Source: Scyliorhinus canicula (Eukaryota). Taken from it: a stretch of 64,000 nt of DNA. Below the pieces are notes generated by a model. The model did no database searches. It was not told where the DNA came from and was given only the letters and a program-made list of their open reading frames with translations. Of this stretch, positions 14,158 to 26,726 are shown in pieces (the stretch's first letter is position 1; each line of letters starts with the position of its first letter). The DNA lies in NCBI RefSeq assembly GCF_902713615.1, contig NC_052171.1, positions 806,001 to 870,000 of the forward strand. The letters are read 5' to 3'. The translations under genes and the position numbers were made by a program.

Positions 14158-14235
14158 CTTCTGCAACATCGTCGTCTATAGCCCCTTTCACCTGAGAGAA
14201 ACACCACTGAATGTCATTGCCACCACTTCCAACTC
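14158..14235 (-). CDS. PPP2R2A: PP2A regulatory subunit B55-alpha, exon 2 (78 nt)
   Basis: ttcattcag|GAGTTGGAAGT...GTTGCAGAAG|gtaaaa encodes (G)VGSGGNDIQWCFSQVKGAIDDDVAE(A), matching PPP2R2A (NDIQWCFSQVKGAVDDDVAE). Exon 3 was not found in 1-14157, so the gene continues beyond the left edge. Confidence 0.95.
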
Positions 14236-14680
14236 CTGAATGAATGGAGGGAAAAAATTAATAACATGCATTGAATAATTTAAAAAATGAAACTATACAT
14301 TCATTAAAGGGTGTGGAGGTGTAGGTGGTGAGACACTGAAAGGTCTCTCCAGCCTCAGACTGGGTCTCATTGATTTAAAAATAATTGAACACACTAGACT
14401 CCAGGAATTGTAAATTATTATTTATGCTGTTGAAGGCTTTGGTCCCTCCCAGGCTGCTTTCCTGCCCCTTTCCTTCACTCTGTGCAGGAATGAGTTCAGC
14501 ATTCAGGCCTTGAAGGGATGGGGAGGTAGAGGGGGACGGGACAGAGAGCGGAAATTTGACTTTATATTTAAAACCAAACCCAGAACCAAAGGGGCTGATG
14601 GAGAGGGGGGGGGGGGGGGGGGGGGGGGGAGCGTTCACTCCCACTTGCGTTTCTTCATTTTCCCCTGCTCGAATCCTCAC

Positions 14681-14687
14681 CTGCCAT
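14681..14687 (-). CDS. PPP2R2A: PP2A regulatory subunit B55-alpha, coding part of exon 1 (ATG GCA G)
   Basis: Minus strand reads tccgccATGGCAG|gtgagg: strong Kozak context, 7 coding nt and a canonical donor. It splices in frame to the exon at 14158-14235, giving MAGVGSGGNDIQWCFSQVKG, the B55-alpha N-terminus. Confidence 0.92.
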
Positions 14688-14960
14688 GGCGGAAGCGGCT
14701 GGAAATGGAGGGAGCAGGCGTTCGCGCAGTGCCCAAGGATGAGGCCGGAGCTGCAAGCGGACAGGCCGGGCTGCACTGGCTGAGGATGGCGGCGGATTGG
14801 TTTCGGATGGAGCTGCTGTGCCCTCCCCCGCTCTCTGAGCCCTTCAAAATGGCGGCGCGCCCGCCCCGGCCATCTTCCGATGACGTCATGGCAGCGGGAA
14901 GGGAGGGGGCCGAGCAGGAGCAAGGGGGCGGAGCCGGGGGCGGGGCCAGCTGCCTGCCCA
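14688..14960 (-). promoter_or_regulatory. CpG-island promoter and 5' UTR of PPP2R2A
   Basis: GC/CpG-rich. YY1-type AAAATGGCGGC (14846-14856) and GCCATCTT (14869-14876), palindromic CRE TGACGTCA (14881-14888), GC boxes near 14924-14947. Confidence 0.8.
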
Positions 14961-15465
14961 CAGCACTGCCTCAGTCTCCCATCAGATGCAACATTCCTGC
15001 ATTGACAGCGATCTCCCTCCTTTCCATTATGTTATTTTCCCGGCTTTGCTTCTGCAAATTTCCAAATCCCACTCGCCCCACTGACCTGCATTGTTTCCCC
15101 ATCCGGTCATGCGTCATTTAAATTAAAATCTCATCCTCCCTTTCAAATTCCTCCCCTTCCCTCTGTGATCCCCTCCAACCCTCTGCAATCTCAACACTCC
15201 TCTGATTTCGCGCCCAGCCTCAGTTTTAATTGCTCACAACATTGAACTTTAGTTGCCTGCTCCTTGAACTCTGGAAATTCCTCCCTGCACCTCTCCGATT
15301 CTTTGACCCTCTTTCCCACTTTTGAGATTTGGTCATCAGTCCACACAATCTCCTTCTATGCCTGAGTGTCGAATTCTGTTTGGTAACGCTGCGTTTTACT
15401 ACTCCAGAAGCACTAAATAAACGCCAAATGTCAACCACCCACAGATCACGAAACATAAAGAAAGA

Positions 15466-15690
15466 CATGCATTTAGATAGCACCTTTCATCATGCCAAAG
15501 GGCTTTAGAGACAAGGAAGTACTTTTGAACAGTTGTAATGTAGGAAATGCGACAGCAAATCTCTGTACAGCAAGTTCCCACAAACAGCAATCCAATAATA
15601 ATCAGATAATCTGCTTTAGTGATGTTGGTTGAGTGAAATGTGTTGTGCAGGATACTCAGGATAACTCTGCCATACTTGTTATGCCACTCC
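15466..15690 (-). mobile_element. Deu-domain-type SINE remnant
   Basis: gcatttagatagcacctttca...cagcaagttcccacaaacagcaat; related copies at 17345, 19650 and 55120. Confidence 0.6.
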
Positions 15691-15719
15691 CCGAATCCTC
15701 CACTACTTCATATTGCTGT

Positions 15720-15832
15720 CATGATGTGGAGATGCCAACGATGGACTGGGGTGAGCACAGTGAGAAGTTTTACACCAGGTTAACGTTTCAAACACTAGCA
15801 TACGGAGCACTGCTCCTTCCTCAGGCGAATGA
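15720..15832. mobile_element. Penelope-like terminal fragment
   Basis: catgatgtggagatgcc...ggagcactgctccttcctcagg; homologous to 23470-23595. Confidence 0.55.
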
Positions 15833-16102
15833 AAAATTGCTGTAAAATTGCTATTGCTGTAAAATGGAAGGAAGGACTGGGATGCAAATTCAAAGTGCAC
15901 AAGTGGCCGTTCCTTGAGTGTTGAGCCCAGACAATGTGCAGTGGGAGGCTATTTAACTGCAGAACACTTCACAACATATTGTGGCACATGATGGAAAGCA
16001 CACATGTTCTGGGGAGTGAGGGGGCTTCTCCAAGCTGTGATTTGTGGATGTCACCCCAACCCGTCGTGGGTTCGAATCCAACTCCAGGGACATGAACACA
16101 TT

Positions 16103-17334
16103 GGCGGGATTCTCCGTACCCCGGCACCAAAATCATGATCGGCAATCAGGCGGAGAATGGATTCCGACACCGGAATCGGGGCCGGTGCTGCTCTGACAGT
16201 GGTCCGCCATGCTCCGCCCCCTCCAAACCGGCATCATCGTGACACGCGCGCCATTTCAACGACGCTGGCACGTCATCAGATGGCCCACCATTCGGGTCAC
16301 CCATGATACTCCGCCCCCAATGGGCCGAGTTCCCGACAGCGCGGGCCACGTGTGGTCCCGAGCGTGTGGGAACCCGGCATGCCGGCTGCAGACTGTGTCC
16401 AGCGCCGCCACACTCGGCTGGTATCTGTGCCACTGGCTGTGGGGGCTTCTGCCAGGGCTGGGGGACTGGTGGGGGGTGGCCAGGGGATGGGCTGTGGGGT
16501 CAAGGTTGGCAGTTTGAGTTCCTGCACGGCCAGTGCCATGTTGTGTGATGCGGCTGATGCACGTTGTCAGCTGTGTACATGCACGGCCCGGGACCCGGCC
16601 ATTTCCGGCACAGTCGGCGGGAGTTTCACTCGGTGCCGGTGCTAGCCCTTCATCGGTACTGGAATTGGTGAGGGTTTCAGGGCGAATATTCAGTCGTGAA
16701 GGTTCACATGCTGCTCCGTCAACACGGCATAATTCTCTGGTCTCCGATGCCGAAATCATGTTCGGCGATGAGTCGGAGAATCCCCATTGGCGCCGCTTTT
16801 GTGATGCTCCGCCCCCTCCAAAATGGCATACTCTGCGAGTACGCCACACACCGTATTAATGGCCTCAGGATGTCACCTTAGGCCCTCCCCCGATACTCTG
16901 CCCCCCGATGGTCCGGATTCCAGACGCCGTGGGTCACTCATGCTATTTTTTTGGGGTGCTCAGCATGGCGGCTGCGGACTTAGTACAGCACCGCCACAAT
17001 CAGGGGGGGAGCCGATCCACGGGCAGGGCTTTGGCGTGGCCAATTGTGGGGGGTGGCGAGCCTGGCCAAAGGAGTTCACTATTTGACAGGCCGGGTCCGC
17101 ACGCGGCCGGTGCCATGTTGCAGAGCGCAGCCACTGCAGACCTTTGCCATGCGCGGCCACGGACCCGGCAATTCTCCGGGCGTATCTGTAGCTAGAGGCG
17201 GGTGCTCGATGCTACATGCCTGCTACCCCCCCCCCCCCCAGCAGATGGGAGATTGGTGGCCGTTTTGTGCTGTTTCTTCGGTTGTCAGAATCGGAGAATC
17301 CAGCCCTTAGTCTCCCAAATGGAGAATCTTGCCC
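16103..17334. mobile_element. Composite or nested PIF/Harbinger non-autonomous elements
   Basis: Left end ggcgggattctcc; two right ends, ggagaatccagccc (~17293-17306) and ggagaatcttgccc (~17321-17334); 16120-16330 is repeated in diverged form at ~16740-16940. Confidence 0.75.
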
Positions 17335-17344
17335 ATTATTTAGG

Positions 17345-17700
17345 TTGGCACTGCAGTGCAGTACTGAGGGAGTGCAGGAGGCGTCATCTGTTGAACAAGA
17401 TGTTGAGCGGTGGTCCCATCTTCCTTCTCAGCTGGAGGTAAAAGATCCCAGGGCACTTTTTAAAGAAAAGCAGGATTTTTCCTCCAGTATCCTGGCCAAT
17501 ATTTATTTCTCAACCAACCACTAAAACAAATTATCTGGTCATTTATTTAATTGCTGTTTGAGAGCTTGCTGTGCCCAAATTGCTGCTGTATTTTTTACCG
17601 TATAGCAGAGACTTAATTTCAATGGGGATTTCATTGGATAGAAAGCATGTTGGGATAGCCTAACGTTGTGAACAGTGCTATTTGGGTGCAAGTTGTTTCA
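17345..17700 (+). mobile_element. Deu-domain-type SINE remnant
   Basis: aaagatcccagggcactttttaaagaa...cctggccaatatttat...ttgctgtgcccaaatt. Confidence 0.6.
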
Positions 17701-17799
17701 TTTAGTCAAGTTCATACTTTAGAATCAGTTGAATTTGACATCAATAACAGAATGGTCTGTAAAACCAACTTTCACTGTAGCCAGGTAACGTCTACCTTC

Positions 17800-19625
17800 A
17801 AGATTTCTGGTGGCACAATGTAAGGGGAGGACTCACACGAGGTGGCTCCCGTTGGAGAGCTGATTTTTGTTTTGTCCTCATTTCTGGCAAAACAAACAGT
17901 TTACTTTTCAATAACCATCATAATTTATTAGAACAGAGCTTGTACCTTATGGAGAGACCCAGGAGAGACTAAACAAAAAAGGATTCAGGCCAAAATCTGT
18001 CGACGGAGTCTGAAACCTTGCAGGATTCTCCTGGAAGTAAGATGGAAGGGGTGGGTTCTCCATGTGCAACAATTCCACAAACGGTCGAGGATCCCTTTAG
18101 CATTTTGGCGAGTGAACTAGAGAAACACCGTCAAAGTTCGGTGGCAGATCTCAAAAGATTGATTAAAGAGATCTTGTCCCCATTTGTTTGGCCTTGGAAA
18201 GCACAAATAAGACCGTTGAGGCTCATGGAGCTATAATTAGAAGCCCCTCTGGAGGCTGATCTTACTTCGATGGTCAAAAGTAATAAGTAATTGAAGGCTA
18301 AACTGAGCGACCTGGAAAATAGATCCAGGAGCTGTTTTGTGGTTGCGGGAGAGGATGGAGAGCTGTACCCTCACTGAATATTTTTTGGGCATGTTTTGCA
18401 AGATGATGGGGGCACATCACTCCCAGAATTAAACCAGGCCCATCTCTTTCTGTGGCCGAAGCCTCGATCTGCAGATCCTCTTCGGGTGGTTATCATAAGG
18501 TTTCATAGCTTCAAGAAAAAGGAACAGGTTCTTTGCTGGGCTAGAGGGCATTGAGATATCAAATGGGAGGGCCATTCCATCAGGCTGTACCAAGATCTAC
18601 GTGCGGACCAAGGGAGTGAAAGTCATCATATGTAAAAATTGAGTCAGATTCGGAATAGCCTACCTACCCAGCTCACCTTCAGGTGACTCTTGGGGAAAAG
18701 GACTACCAGAAAATGTGGTCTTCTATGTTTGAAAGCTCAAATTGGACACTGTTCGATCTGTATTTAATCAATTTTATGACCCTGAGGACAGGTATTTTAT
18801 ACTTTGTTTTTTAATGTTCAGGGTTTGGGTGTACTCACAACACTTTTGGTTAAAATAGTGTTTTCTGCTATTCGATCTTTCTTATTTTTATCAGTTTATT
18901 GTTCAATGCCTCTTTTCATCGTTGTTGATGGACATGATAATTAAACACTAATGCGGTGTTGTGAGCTAGACAAGGTTTTATTTTCCAGTTGGGAGTCTCC
19001 CTGCCAAAAAGGGGGTTAGTTAACGGGAATCGAGATCGAGGGTTTTCTGTTGCTCTTCAGAATAGTCTGTGAGAATGAACTTAGAGCGTATAGTTAGTTG
19101 TGTTTTGTTAACTGTAGGTTTTAGGATAAAGTATTGTTTTTTACTATTTCAAGATGGAGTTGTTGAGGTGGGAGGGAATTTCAGTGTTAGTTCACTGACA
19201 GTGTCTGTGGGTTCTCCTTTGTCGAGCCATCTTTGGTAGATTTCTTTACTTTACCTTTTCAGTGTCCTGTTTGGTATGTCTCTTTGGGAATGACTGTCTC
19301 CAGGTTGAGGAGTGGTGGAAGATCTCCAAATCATTTGGTTACGTGCAATGTTTGGTGTCTGAATGCCCAGTAAAACGGTCGTGGGTATTCGCCCATCATA
19401 AGAGCTTAAACTCCAATATTCTTTTCTTGCAGAAAACCCACTTGCGCTACAAGGAACAGATCAGGTTACGTAAGGATTGGGCAGGTTGTTCACTCCAGTT
19501 TTAATGGCAGGGCCAGGGGGACAGCAATTTTAATTAATAAGAGAGTTCAGTTCTCCTTCTCTCAGATCATGGCCAACCCCAATGGTCGCTATATTATTGT
19601 TTGTGGTTTGCTGGTGAACAGCTCA
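17800..19625 (+). mobile_element. Degraded L1-clade LINE 5' part (5' UTR, ORF1, start of endonuclease)
   Basis: ORF1 remnants (DLENRSR, PLRVVIIRFH, IRLYQD) and APE remnants (PVKRS..FAH, FLQKTHL). Confidence 0.8.
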
Positions 19626-19649
19626 CACAAGTGCCTCCTAACATAACAT

Positions 19650-19915
19650 CTTTCAGATTAAATGTTAAACCAAGTCTCCGTCTGTCTTCTCAGTGGACAT
19701 GAAAGATCCCATGGCACTATTTTGAAGAAGAGCAAGGAAGGTATTCGCCATGACCTGGCAAATATTTATCCACCAATCAAAGAGTACCTGGACATTATCA
19801 CATTGCTGACTGCGGAAGCTTGCTGTGCTTAAGGTGGCAGCCGTGTTTCCTACAACAGTGAGGACACTTCGACAGTACTTTAATGGCTATGAAATGCTTT
19901 GAGACACCTTGTGAT
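19650..19915 (+). mobile_element. Deu-domain-type SINE remnant
   Basis: aaagatcccatggcactattttgaagaagagc; homologous to 17345. Confidence 0.6.
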
Positions 19916-19916
19916 C

Positions 19917-20122
19917 ATGAAATGAAATGAAAATTGCTTATTGTCACGAGTAGGCTTCAATGAAGTTACTGTGAAAAGCCCCTAGTCGCCACATTCCGGC
20001 GCCTGTCCGGGAAGGCTGGTACGGGAATCGAACCGTGCTGCTGGCCTGCTTGGTCTGCTTTAAAAGCCAGCGATTTAGCCTGGTGAGCTAAACCAGCCCC
20101 TGGTGAGCTAAACCAGCCCCTG
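19917..20122 (-). mobile_element. SINE type D with a 20-bp tandem duplication of the head
   Basis: cctggtgagctaaaccagcc occurs twice at ~20079-20118. Confidence 0.85.
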
Positions 20123-20233
20123 GCTGGATGAAAGGCATAATATAAATGTAACTCTATTTTAATCTTACATTTTTCAATTTCTCACAGTTGCCACGCTACA
20201 GTCCATGGAGTTAGGTCAGAGACCAGCTACTAT

Positions 20234-20458
20234 CTTTTTAAAAATAAATTTAGAGTACCCAATTCATTTTTTCCAATTAAGGGACAATTTAGCATGGCCA
20301 ATTCACCTACCCTGCACATCTTTGGGTTGTGGGGTGAAATCCACGCAGGCACGGGGAGAATGTGCAAACTCCACACGGACAGTGACCCAGGGCCGGGATT
20401 CGAACCCGGGTCCTCAGCGACATAGGCAGCAGTGCTAACCACTGTGGCAACGTGCCGC
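20234..20458 (-). mobile_element. SINE type C
   Basis: 16-bp TSD agaccagcta(c/t)tatct. Confidence 0.9.
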
Positions 20459-20694
20459 CTACAGACCAGCTATTATCTAATTGAATAGCTCCAGGGGCCA
20501 AATGGCCAACTCCTGTTCCTGTGATGGTACACACGGAGGTGGAATTTCAACGAATTCAGTGAGGAGCACAGGCAAATCTGCAGATCAGGTGGATGGATAG
20601 CAGCTGTAACAATGAAGATAAATATAAGATCAAACATTGTTGGACAAAAATGAGGAACAGATGTAGTCAATGGAAAGATGCTGAGGAGCATGGA

Positions 20695-21470
20695 GGAATC
20701 ACAGAATCTTTGCAGTGCTGAAGGAGGCCATTTGGCCGATTGAGCCTGCAATGGCTTGCCAATAGAGCATTCTACTCAGTCTCCTCCCTGATCTTCATAA
20801 CCTTGCACATTCTTTCTTTTCAGCGAGCAATCCAATTCCCTCTCGAACAGCTCAATCGAAACTGCCTCCATCACCCTCTCAGGGAGTTTGCTCCAAACTT
20901 CAACCACCCTCTGGGTGAAAATATTCACCCGCATATCACTTCTGATCATTTTGTCCATTATTTTGAATCTGTGCCCTCTTGTTCTTGATGTACTCGAGAG
21001 TGGGAACTATTTGCATTGTCCATACCCCTCAGGATCTTAATACCTCCATCAAGTTTCATCTCAGCCTTATTTTTCTGCAAGGAAAACAGACTTACCCTTC
21101 CTATCTAACCTCATAGCAACAGTTCTTCATCCTTGGAATCATTCTTGTGAATCTCCTCAGAGCTCTTTCCAATGCCTTCACATTCTTCCTCAAGTATGGC
21201 TTCCAGAACTGGATGTGGTACTCCAGATGAGGCCCAACTAGTAGCTTAAAAAAGTTCAACATGACTTCCTGTATTCAATTCCCATATTAATAAAACACAG
21301 GATAGTATGTGCTCCATTTACTGCTCTGTCAATGTGCCCTGCCACTGTCACTGATTTATGTACATACACACGGAGGCCCTTTGTCCCTGTACCCGAGTGA
21401 GAGTTTCAGTATTTTATACTGTCTCTAAATTCTTCCTGCCAAAATTAATCACGTCACACTTCTCTGCTGG
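20695..21470 (-). mobile_element. CR1 LINE 3' fragment
   Basis: ORF 20776-20958 contains IFTQRVVEVWSKLPE. Confidence 0.8.
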
Positions 21471-23469
21471 AACAGTTGGACCCAAGCTTCAAATAAGAGT
21501 GTCAGTAAGCAAAGCCATTAAAAAAACTTTAGTGTCAAGATATATATACATTGAAGCACCAAGCACAAAAGCAGAGTGAGTGGTCAGTATGTGTTGGGCA
21601 TTGGTTAGGGCCCATTAAACTTCAAATACATTTTCAGCCCACAGCAGACAGACACTCAAGCAACAGAAATTGAAGAGCCAAAGGTGTTTTTTCTAAAGGA
21701 TCTCGGCGTCGCTGGCTAGGCCAACATTTGTTGCCCATCTCCAGTTGCCCTTGAAGGTGGGGTGAGCTGCCTTCTTGAACCACTACAGTTCATGAGGTGC
21801 AGGTAAGTACACTCTGTGCTGTGAGGGAGGGAGTTCCAGGATTGGTATAAGAAACTAGCATTATGCAGAGAGACTTTTTCCCCATGGGGAGATATAATAT
21901 TTTTTTCAAACATTTCAGGTTTTCAATAGAGTGTCAGGAAAGTCGAGTTTCCTCGAGTTGAAGACAGAAAGGAAGAGGGACCATCAATTGAAAATTGGAA
22001 TGAGGAGAAGGCTCAGGAGAGTGGTTCGATCAGGAAACAGTTTATCTGGGAGTTGAGGCAGATACCATTGTGCCATTTTGGGGCAAAGTGGAAAAATACA
22101 GTATTTAACTGAGAGAAAGATACAAGGCTGTGGGGGAGGGAGGACAAGTTGATTTTGGATTGCTTTCGCCAAGGGCTGGGCCAACTGACCTCCTCTTGTG
22201 CTGAAGACTTCTTTGCTTGTGAGCGAAGCCAAAAAATGACAGCAACTCTCAAGACCTGCCGATGGCCAAAGTGAGCAACCTGGCAGATTTACCTGATGCT
22301 CTGGACATTGTGTTTTAATTTGTACTTTATAGCACGCTAAAAACCCAATCACTTTCTTCGCTTCAGCTTTTGGAATAGCCCTCCGCCCTCGGAAAATAAA
22401 CTGTTCATACTTTGGTCTCGAACATTATTATAATAACTCATTATATAATTCCCAAGAGGACAATAGGTTCTAACGCAATTGAGATGTTCAGTGTGAGAGG
22501 GTGTTTTGTTCAGGGAGGGAGGAAGCATTGTGAACAGAGCATTGTCACTGAGCATCGCCAGAGAAATGATGGCCCAGTCACTGGGAAGGTTTGAATCTGC
22601 CTGCTTGGCTGATCTTCCTCCGAGTTGCATTCAACACATTGCAAATGTCTCCAGCTCTTTGTGCTGAGTAAGGAAGGAAGGGGCATTGCCTCCGAGTGGT
22701 GTATGTAAAGTCCTCCTGGTCAGTGTCAGTACACGGAAAATAACCGAGGGGGAGAGGGGATGAGGTTCGCCTGTGGCCCCCACTGCTGTCAGCTATTCCG
22801 GCAACATCACCGTCACGCCACCTGGTGAGGAACTGGAAACTGGTTACCCGCGGACCAGCACCCCTACAAAAGGCATCGTCACATCCAGAACAGGAGGAAA
22901 GGACAATTGTCAAAGAGTGAGAAACAAAGGAAATATCTCAATGTTACAACAGCAGATAAATGGACGATATCCTCGGGGGGCTCGTTAAGTGTTGAACATT
23001 CTGAGTTTCTCGACATGATGCAAGTGAGACCGTGTCCATGTGTTGTGCCGATCAGGTTAGCGGTCTGTTTTGCGGTCTACAGGAATTCCGTGGAGGCTTG
23101 TCTGTTTATACCCTGGAATGCATTGCTGAATTATCAAGTCACAGCGTGTCAGATAAATCAACGCTGATAACTATCCCCTCTGACCATCATGGATTGGAGA
23201 AAAGTTGGAGACTGAATTACAGGAAGGACTATAAGCAGCTGCTCCCAGACTGGCGGCTGTCTTAAACCAGCCAAAGCACCAGAGAAGCCTGACATTGAAC
23301 TTTAATCAACTCCACCGCTCTCACAGATGAGGAATACATCCCGGTCACTTAACTCTTCGCTGTTTGATTGAAGGGGGAAAAAAAGAGGTTGAGGTGTGTG
23401 CAATTGTGTAAACGGAGCAAGTTCTCACTGAAATCAGGCAGTCGAGAGACACCCGACTGCTCTTTATTA

Positions 23470-23595
23470 TATGAAGTGGAGATGCCGGCATTGGACTATG
23501 GTACGCACAGTAAGAAGTCTTACAACACCAGGTTAAAATCCAAGAGGTTTCTTTGGATTCACTGGCTTTCAGAGCGTAGCTCCTTCATCAGGCGA
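23470..23595. mobile_element. Penelope-like terminal fragment with a hammerhead-like core
   Basis: Minus strand reads CTGATGA-a-GGAGC-tac-GCTCT-GAAA at 23567-23591. Confidence 0.6.
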
Positions 23596-24362
23596 CTTTA
23601 TAACATTACAAGGGAACCAGATAACGTCAACCACAGCAAGCTACTGGTATCACATTATCCTGAACAGGAGCACCAGATGATTCAGTCTGCCCTTGAAATG
23701 GGACAATTCAACACCAAACGGCGGAAATATTCTTTCAGTGAGCCAGACGTATTTCTATGGAACAAGCTCCCAAAGAGACAGTGGACCCAGCCAGTCCAGG
23801 TTCATTCAGCCCAATCATTTCAAGATTTCTTCTTGAAAATAATATTTTTGGATACAGCACACGAGTAATTGGAGACATGTGTTCAGTGTGTCGTGTTTAT
23901 GAAAAGCAGGTGACTTTGGACCTGTGTTACCCAAAGCTCTCCCCCACGAGGCGTTTAACTCGCCCGTGTCTGGGTCTATTCCCAGCTAATTGATCGAGAT
24001 TGATCGCTCCAATTAGTCACGCTTGGTACCATGCAGGATGGTGGGTGGCCCTTGGTCTTCGCCCGACCCGCAGTTCCTCTGTTCCAGGTTTGTGTGTGTG
24101 TTCCCTGTTCAGACTGTTGTTCTGTATTATCTTCTGCACCTGATTTCGATGTCAGGAGGGGTTTGGACCTGTCCCAGAATAACTGAAGAGGCATTAGAGG
24201 AGAGTACTTTGCGTCAAGGACAATTATAGAGTGTGGGACACACCAAGTTGAAGTAGATTCCAGAAAGAGTTTTACTTGACAAAATACATTATCAGAGGTA
24301 ATAAATAGGGAGCAAGCAGCAAAAGAGAAATCAGACAGGATGGCTGGCGAGGAGGAAAAAAA

Positions 24363-24952
24363 GTAGACTCGATGGACTACCTGGCCTATTTCCACGCTGT
24401 AACGATTATGGGACTGCAAAACACTGAGAATAACCACAATATCTCTTGGATGGTGAGAAATATACTGTTATCCCATTTTAACAGGCTAAAATAGTGTTCA
24501 TAATTTACTGACGAGTCAGCCAAATTTGCTCTTGCTTCAGAATACAGTTTTCAATCTTTCAGGTTGAGAATGTGTGAGCAGGCAGCATGGTGGCGCAGTG
24601 GGTTAGCCCTGTTACCTTCGCCGAGGTCCCAGGTTCGATCCCAGCTCTGGGTCACTGTCCGTGCGGAGTTTGCACATTCTCCCCGTCTTTGCTTGGGTTT
24701 CATCCCCACAACCCAAAAGATGTGCAGGGTCGGTGGATTGGCCACGCTAAATTGCCTCTTAATTGAAAAAAATGAATTGGGTACTCTAAATTTAAAAAGA
24801 GAGAATGTGTGAGCAACGCCTGTTCTCAAGACGAAAGACCTGCAGTCAGGGTTGGGATAGAGCTCCTCGGGGAAAAGCCCCTTCTCTGAAGCCAGAAAAA
24901 ATATGTTGGCACTACCTGGCCGGAAATAGGCCAGGTAGTCCATCGAGCCTAC
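24363..24952. mobile_element. Non-autonomous DNA transposon with 31-bp TIRs (superfamily uncertain)
   Basis: gtag(a/g)ctcgatggactacctggcctatttcc at 24363-24393 and its inverse at 24922-24952, 30/31 identical. Confidence 0.75.
24581..24800 (+). mobile_element. SINE type C
   Basis: Perfect 15-bp TSD gagaatgtgtgagca (24566-24580 and 24801-24815). Confidence 0.92.
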
Positions 24953-26302
24953 ACAGAGATAGACAAAGGGATGGCTGACTTCCCTTTCACAATTCCGTCA
25001 GACTGGCCTTCACAGCAGAAAACACGGTCTTGCACTTGTATATTTCATACCTGTTGTTCCGGGTATGAAAGTACTTTTGTGCTGAAAGATTTCCTAACAA
25101 AGCCCTTCTATCCTCATGCTCTATCTCTTGCTTCCTGTTATTTTGTGTCCATCCATGGAAGCATCCTCCAGTTTGTGCCCCGAGATGCGGCATGAAAAAT
25201 AGCTCTCGAATGCAAAATTGTTCATTTACTTTCTGTGTCACATTTCCAACTTTGCATAGACTTATGAAATCATAGAATTTACAGTGCAGAAGGATGCCAT
25301 TCGGCCTGTCGAGTTTGCATCGGCCCTTGGAAAAAGCACCATACTCAAGCCCACACCTCCACCCTATCCCCATAACCCAGTAACCCCACCTAACCTTTTT
25401 TCGACAATTTAGCATAGCCAAGCCACCTAACCTGCAGTGGATCACACTGGCATCCAGGATTTTCCATATGCTGCAGCCACAACACATCAGCTGTTCTACC
25501 ATCCTTACTGCGTTTTAATTAACTACTTCATTATTTTATTCAATTATTTTCCATTTTATATATTTTATTAACCTTACCACTACTTTGTATACAATTTTAA
25601 ATATTAGGAATAAACCTTAACCGGGAAGTTTCTGGCGCAGAAAGGCCGCTGTATAACAAATAGTAACACTTCAAAAGTAAGCTTTTATAATTAAGCACGA
25701 CAAAGTATTGACATCATAGAATCAAGTCAGCTAGCCTACCAGTTCCATACTGGTGTTTACTCTTCCACTCCTCATCAAATGCAATCAACATATTCTTCTA
25801 TTCCTTTCTCCACCTTGTCGTTTTCTCACTTCCCTTGAACCGCAGCTATGCTACTCACATAAACTAATCCCTGTGATAGTTCCATGTTCTAACCACTCTC
25901 TCAGCCGTTCCTTCTCCTGTATTCCCTGTTGGATTTATTTATGATTGTCTTACATTTATGACCCTGAGCTTTGGTCCTGCCGGCAAAGTAAATTAATTTG
26001 TCCTGCCAAAACTTTTCATAATCTTCATGACATCTATCAAGTCAACTTTGATTCCTCTTTTTTCCAGAGAAAAGAGCTCAACTCTATTCAATTTTCCCTG
26101 ATAGGAATATCCTCTTTTCTTTATATCGATGGATGATTCCTGGCTTGTTTACTGTTGAATCTCTAATCTGTGTGGAGTTAGCTGTTGGCAGTCTGAGTGG
26201 CAATGGTGTTACAACTATCAGTCACCCTTGTCCCACGATAAGGATAACCCTGTTTGTCTAAACTTCCTATCCATGCTCCTGGGCAAAAATGTTCATGTGT
26301 TG

Positions 26303-26495
26303 AGGGCAGCACGGTGGCGCAAGTGATCAGCACGGTTGCCTCATGGCGCCATGGTCCCAGGCTCTGGGTCACTGTCTGTGTGGAGTTTGCACATTCTCCC
26401 CACAACGCAAAAAGATATGCAGGTTAGGAGAATTGGTTCACACTAAATTGCCCCATAATTGGAAAAAATGAATTAGATACTCTACATTTTTAAAA
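26303..26495 (+). mobile_element. SINE type C, internally deleted
   Basis: 16-bp TSD aaaaatgttcatgtgt. Confidence 0.85.
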
Positions 26496-26726
26496 AATGT
26501 TCATGTGTCAACTTAATTCAAATCATCCGCAAATCACCCTCCCTGCCCCCTCAGTGAAATAACCTGTGAAAACTCAATATCTAGACTCACAAATGAAGAA
26601 CAGCCATGTAGTGGAGGATGCTGATGGAACTGGACGATAGCAAGAATCTGGACCTTCAGAGAAGGAGAGAAGATAATTGAAGGGAAACAAATCATACACA
26701 TAGTATGCCAGTCAGACATTCAATAT

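Noticed and set aside
14375-15121. Long overlapping ORFs (182-203 aa) across the PPP2R2A promoter
   Set aside because: These are low-complexity products of a GC-rich island and a poly-G tract; the real coding content is the 7-nt exon 1.
16146-17310. Dense cluster of ORFs in all six frames (also 44911-45774)
   Set aside because: Stop-poor GC-rich MITE sequence with no recognisable domain.
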